Source: Octopus bimaculoides (lineage: Eukaryota). From it: a stretch of DNA of 38,168 nt. The DNA lies in the NCBI RefSeq assembly GCF_001194135.2, contig NC_068985.1:119483868-119522035 (forward strand), written 5' to 3'. How positions within the stretch are numbered: position 1 is the first letter of the stretch; each line of letters starts with the position of its first letter. This document shows, in pieces, positions 34,258 through 38,168 of this stretch. Made by a program: the position numbers and the translations under genes. Below the pieces are notes generated by a model. It was not told the DNA's origin and did not search any database. It saw only the letters and a list, made by a program, of their open reading frames with translations.

Positions 34258-34395
34258 ATACTTCGTCCTGGACGGGATGCCGGTCCATCGCAAGAATACT
34301 CACTTTTGCTTGCTGAGTGAACAGGAGCAACGTGAAATGTAGTGTTTTGCCTAAGAACACAACACATCGCTCGGCCCAAGAATCGAGACCAGTCT
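34258..34395 (-). mobile_element. SINE fragment
   Basis: gctgagtgaacaggagcaacgtgaaatgtagtgttttgcctaagaacacaac; its 5' part resembles the head at 8476-8577. Confidence 0.55.
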
Positions 34396-34710
34396 TACAT
34401 AAAGTGGTTCTCTCCCTTTAAAGGTTTTATAAAATCCTTTCATTATCTCATTACTATGAGATGTCTTTTTCTTATTGTTATGGACGAGAGAGCATATTAA
34501 ATAATATTTTCATATAATCCATTTAATTTTATTAGATGCTGTAGCGCCATTTCACCCTTATTATATGCACCTCAGTACAACATAATTTGATATCATGATA
34601 TTAGTTGATTTATATCCGTTTAAAGCCTTTAGGAATTATGTACGAACGATTTTCTATTCTTTTTTTTCTTTATTTCTTAACAGTGGAGAAAAGGAACGGA
34701 GTGATATATA

Positions 34711-35210
34711 TCTTCTTTTACTGGCTTCAGCCAGATACTGGGGCATGCTGGAGCGCCGCCTTTCAGTATGTTTGGGTTTCTTTTCTGTACTGTCTTTGGT
34801 GAAGTGACGAGTTGGACGGAGCTGCTCTTTTTCTGTGCCTCTTGCCGTGATTTTGGTCCAACTGATATCTCAAGAAAAAAATTGTTCAGAAGCTTTTTTG
34901 AAGACTTCCACATCTGCACTTCGCAAATCTCTGAAGTTGTTTGGAAGAATGTTGAACGGCTGTGGACCCTTGGAACCTAAGCTGTTACAATACTGGGTCA
35001 TTATTCCAGATGGAGAAGACGTGATCTCTGGTACTAAGCCGTGCCGTCCAGTTAGGAGGTCGGTATAACTTTCGATTCCAAAGTTGCGAGCTAAACTTCC
35101 ACGGATGTTCCGTTTGTACATCACTGCATATCTTCCACGCCTTCTCTCTGGTGAATAGAGCTTCAGATCTTTTGGTGTCACTCAGTAGCTCGTCTGTTTC
35201 CCGAGTCAAT
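34711..35210 (-). mobile_element. CR1-like LINE 3' fragment
   Basis: LKLYSPERRRGRY...TGRHG.VP...YCNSLGSKGPQPFNILPNNFRDL, plus tail ggcggcgctccagcatgcc...ctggctgaagccagtaaaagaaga. Confidence 0.85.
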
Positions 35211-35367
35211 CTTCTTTGTGCAGTGCATATGTATGTGTATGTGCTTGTATACACGCGCATGCATAATGAATATGTATACGCGTACCCATATATATATCTT
35301 TATCTGCATATCATTTTATATGTACATGTATATTGTAACAAAAGTATATATATATATATATATATAT

Positions 35368-35666
35368 AAATATTAATAACTCTATTTCTGAAAACCAGTG
35401 GATAGATTCCACTGAAATTAGATAAATAACCTTCGAGCAGATAGTCAGCAGCGCCGCCTGGCTAGGGCTTGGCTGCTCTGCATTAACAAGGGGCAACACC
35501 CTGAAACTAGTCTGCAGATGCCAAACCAGCAGGGGGACACTGCTGACCTCCCCTGTTCGAAGGTTATAAAGGACACAGGTTTCGTGTGTCACATAGCTAG
35601 CTAGAGGCGATGGCTTCTTGGAGCTAATTCACGGCAGCTTTCGTCCTAATTTTGGGACTGCCATGT
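35368..35666 (+). repeat. Dispersed copy of the 358-bp HHR-containing unit, truncated by an N gap
   Basis: Colinear with ~625-917 (gaaaaccagtgga...gaaactagtctg...ggactgccatgt), roughly 80% identical by eye. Confidence 0.88.
35477..35518 (+). ncRNA. Type I hammerhead motif, U3-A8 variant with probable inactivating G5A
   Basis: tctgca TTAACAA ggggc-aac-accct GAAA ctag TC tgcaga. Confidence 0.55.
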
Positions 35667-36399
35667 NNNNNNNNNNNNNNNNNNNNNNNNNNNNNNNNNN
35701 NNNNNNNNNNNNNNNNNNNNNNNNNNNNNNNNNNNNNNNNNNNNNNNNNNNNNNNNNNNNNNNNNNNNNNNNNNNNNNNNNNNNNNNNNNNNNNNNNNNN
35801 NNNNNNNNNNNNNNNNNNNNNNNNNNNNNNNNNNNNNNNNNNNNNNNNNNNNNNNNNNNNNNNNNNNNNNNNNNNNNNNNNNNNNNNNNNNNNNNNNNNN
35901 NNNNNNNNNNNNNNNNNNNNNNNNNNNNNNNNNNNNNNNNNNNNNNNNNNNNNNNNNNNNNNNNNNNNNNNNNNNNNNNNNNNNNNNNNNNNNNNNNNNN
36001 NNNNNNNNNNNNNNNNNNNNNNNNNNNNNNNNNNNNNNNNNNNNNNNNNNNNNNNNNNNNNNNNNNNNNNNNNNNNNNNNNNNNNNNNNNNNNNNNNNNN
36101 NNNNNNNNNNNNNNNNNNNNNNNNNNNNNNNNNNNNNNNNNNNNNNNNNNNNNNNNNNNNNNNNNNNNNNNNNNNNNNNNNNNNNNNNNNNNNNNNNNNN
36201 NNNNNNNNNNNNNNNNNNNNNNNNNNNNNNNNNNNNNNNNNNNNNNNNNNNNNNNNNNNNNNNNNNNNNNNNNNNNNNNNNNNNNNNNNNNNNNNNNNNN
36301 NNNNNNNNNNNNNNNNNNNNNNNNNNNNNNNNNNNNNNNNNNNNNNNNNNNNNNNNNNNNNNNNNNNNNNNNNNNNNNNNNNNNNNNNNNNNNNNNNNN

Positions 36400-37775
36400 G
36401 TATGTATGTATGTATGTATGTATGTATGTATGTACGTACGTATGTATGTATGTATGCATGCATGTGTGTGCATGTATGTATTTATGTATGTATGTGTGTA
36501 CATCTGTATGTATGTATTCTGCATGCATATTCATGTGTTTGTGTGTCCGTGTTTGTGTATTTTTATGTATGTGTGTGTGTGTGTGTTTGTATATGTGTGT
36601 GTGTTTGTATATGTGTGTGTGTTTGTATATGTGTTTGTGTACCCCTGTCTCCTTGTGTGTGCATGTCTGAGTGTGTGTTTTTGCAACTATGTACCGTGTT
36701 TGTATGTATGGATGTGTATCTCCATATGTGTGGACGTGTGTCTCCAGTCTTCATTTGTGTATATGTGCTTGTCTGTTCATATAACCTATGTATCTATCCG
36801 TCAGTATGTTGATCTGTTTACTTCATATCCATATGCTTACATACATGTGCATATACATATATATACGTACACTCACACATACACACATGCATACATCTGT
36901 CTACATAACAGTGCACTAACTATTCTATTCTACCTGTGTAAACTGGGAATGGGGGTATGATATCTACTATGTATATTTCCTATTTAGCATTGGGGAAGTT
37001 TCATTTATGTGGACGTACTAGAGCTAAAAATGTAGTTCATAGCATAAGATACATAGAAGGTGCTTGTAATGACATGAACATGACATACAGAGAGGAAACA
37101 TCTAGGTGCATTGCGGAACGACTAAATGAATATTTGAGAGAAGATGACGACAAAAAGAGGTCCTCCATACTCCACCAATATGCCAAGGATGAACATGGAG
37201 GCAATTAGGGTCAATTTGATATCCCCATCTTATCCAAGCACCCAAAGGACCCAACCTTCAGACAAATAAAGGAGTACATCCTCATAAATGAAACCGCCCC
37301 AATACTAAATAGGAAATATACATAGTAGATATCATACCTCCATACCTAGTAGAGTAGAATAGCTAGTGGGCTATTATGTATATAGATGTATATATGTGAG
37401 TGTGGATGTGTGAGTGTAGTATATGTATATATATGTATATGCACATGTATGTAAGCATATGGATATGAAAGTAAACAGATCAACATACAGACGGATAGGT
37501 ACATAGGTTATATGAACAGACAAGCACACATACACACATGTACACAAATGAAGAGTGAAACACATGAACATATATACACACACACACACACACACACTTT
37601 ACTTCACACAAGGACACATAGAGACACACGTCCACACATGTGGAGATACACATCCATGCATACAAGCACGTTATATGCATGGATATAAAACACACACATA
37701 GTTGTAAAACACACACGCACATACACACACTCAGATATGCACACACAAGGAGGCAGCGGTACACACACACATATA

Positions 37776-37806
<31 letters not shown>

Positions 37807-37950
37807 GCGTACATAAAAACACACAAACATAAATATGCAGAATACACATATATAAACATAAATACATGCATGCATGCATACATACATACATACATACATA
37901 CATACATACATACATGCATGCATGCATGCATACATACATACATACATACA
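36400..37950. repeat. Large inverted repeat (~600-bp arms of compound-microsatellite sequence) around a 273-bp spacer
   Basis: 36400-37009 reverse-complements 37283-~37950; shared non-repetitive anchors include gcttgtctgttcatataacctatgta and ggtatgatatctactatgtatatttcctatttag. Confidence 0.85.
37010..37325 (+). pseudogene. Penelope-like element GIY-YIG endonuclease remnant
   Basis: KNVVHSIRY..GACND...YREETSRCIAERLNEY..SSILHQY...EH.. then, reading through one in-frame TAG, FDIPILSKHPKDPTFRQIKEYILINETAPILNRK. This matches the PLE VY..C..YIGET.R.L..R..EH / R..EA..I..P.LNR pattern. Confidence 0.82.
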
Positions 37951-38168
37951 TACATACATGCATATGCACACACACTAACCCACACACATGCGCACAAACA
38001 AACGCAGTGTGAATAACGGACAAAGTTAAAACTACTGAAATTTTGCAAGTCACAAAGAAAATTTTAGAAAATTAAAAAAGAAATAAGTAGAAATTTTACC
38101 GGTGAGGCACTAAAAGGGAATGACTCTCCCCAGACACAACAGTATATGTTGTGTATATATATATATAT

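Noticed and set aside
33696-34360. Short ORFs 33696-33887 (+) and 33920-34360 (-)
   Set aside because: No domain similarity; the second runs through a SINE fragment.

Overview
AT-rich, microsatellite-dense animal genomic DNA with about 11 N gaps. The SINE/LINE repertoire looks like an Octopus draft assembly (inference). Most ORFs in the supplied track are artefacts of N gaps or simple repeats. The window is mainly transposon debris: tRNA-derived SINEs of several families, R4/Dong-clade LINE fragments with a restriction-like endonuclease, a decayed RTE LINE, two CR1-like 3' ends, a DD34D mariner, a DD37D maT element, hAT-like and MULE-like MITEs, and a Penelope-like (PLE) GIY-YIG relic. The most notable signal is a cluster of type I hammerhead ribozyme (HHR) motifs and PLE-style fold-back structures. 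These are: a highly structured 358-bp tandem unit (575-1078, second dispersed copy 35368-35666) whose HHR has the compensatory U3-A8 core (UUGAUAA) rather than CUGANGA; an intact-core HHR at 18043-18117; a recent 210-bp-arm palindrome carrying two HHRs (29234-29662); a degenerate HHR at 9580-9625; and a GIY-YIG remnant enclosed by ~600-bp inverted arms. A few candidate host exons are visible, but no host gene could be assembled or named with confidence.
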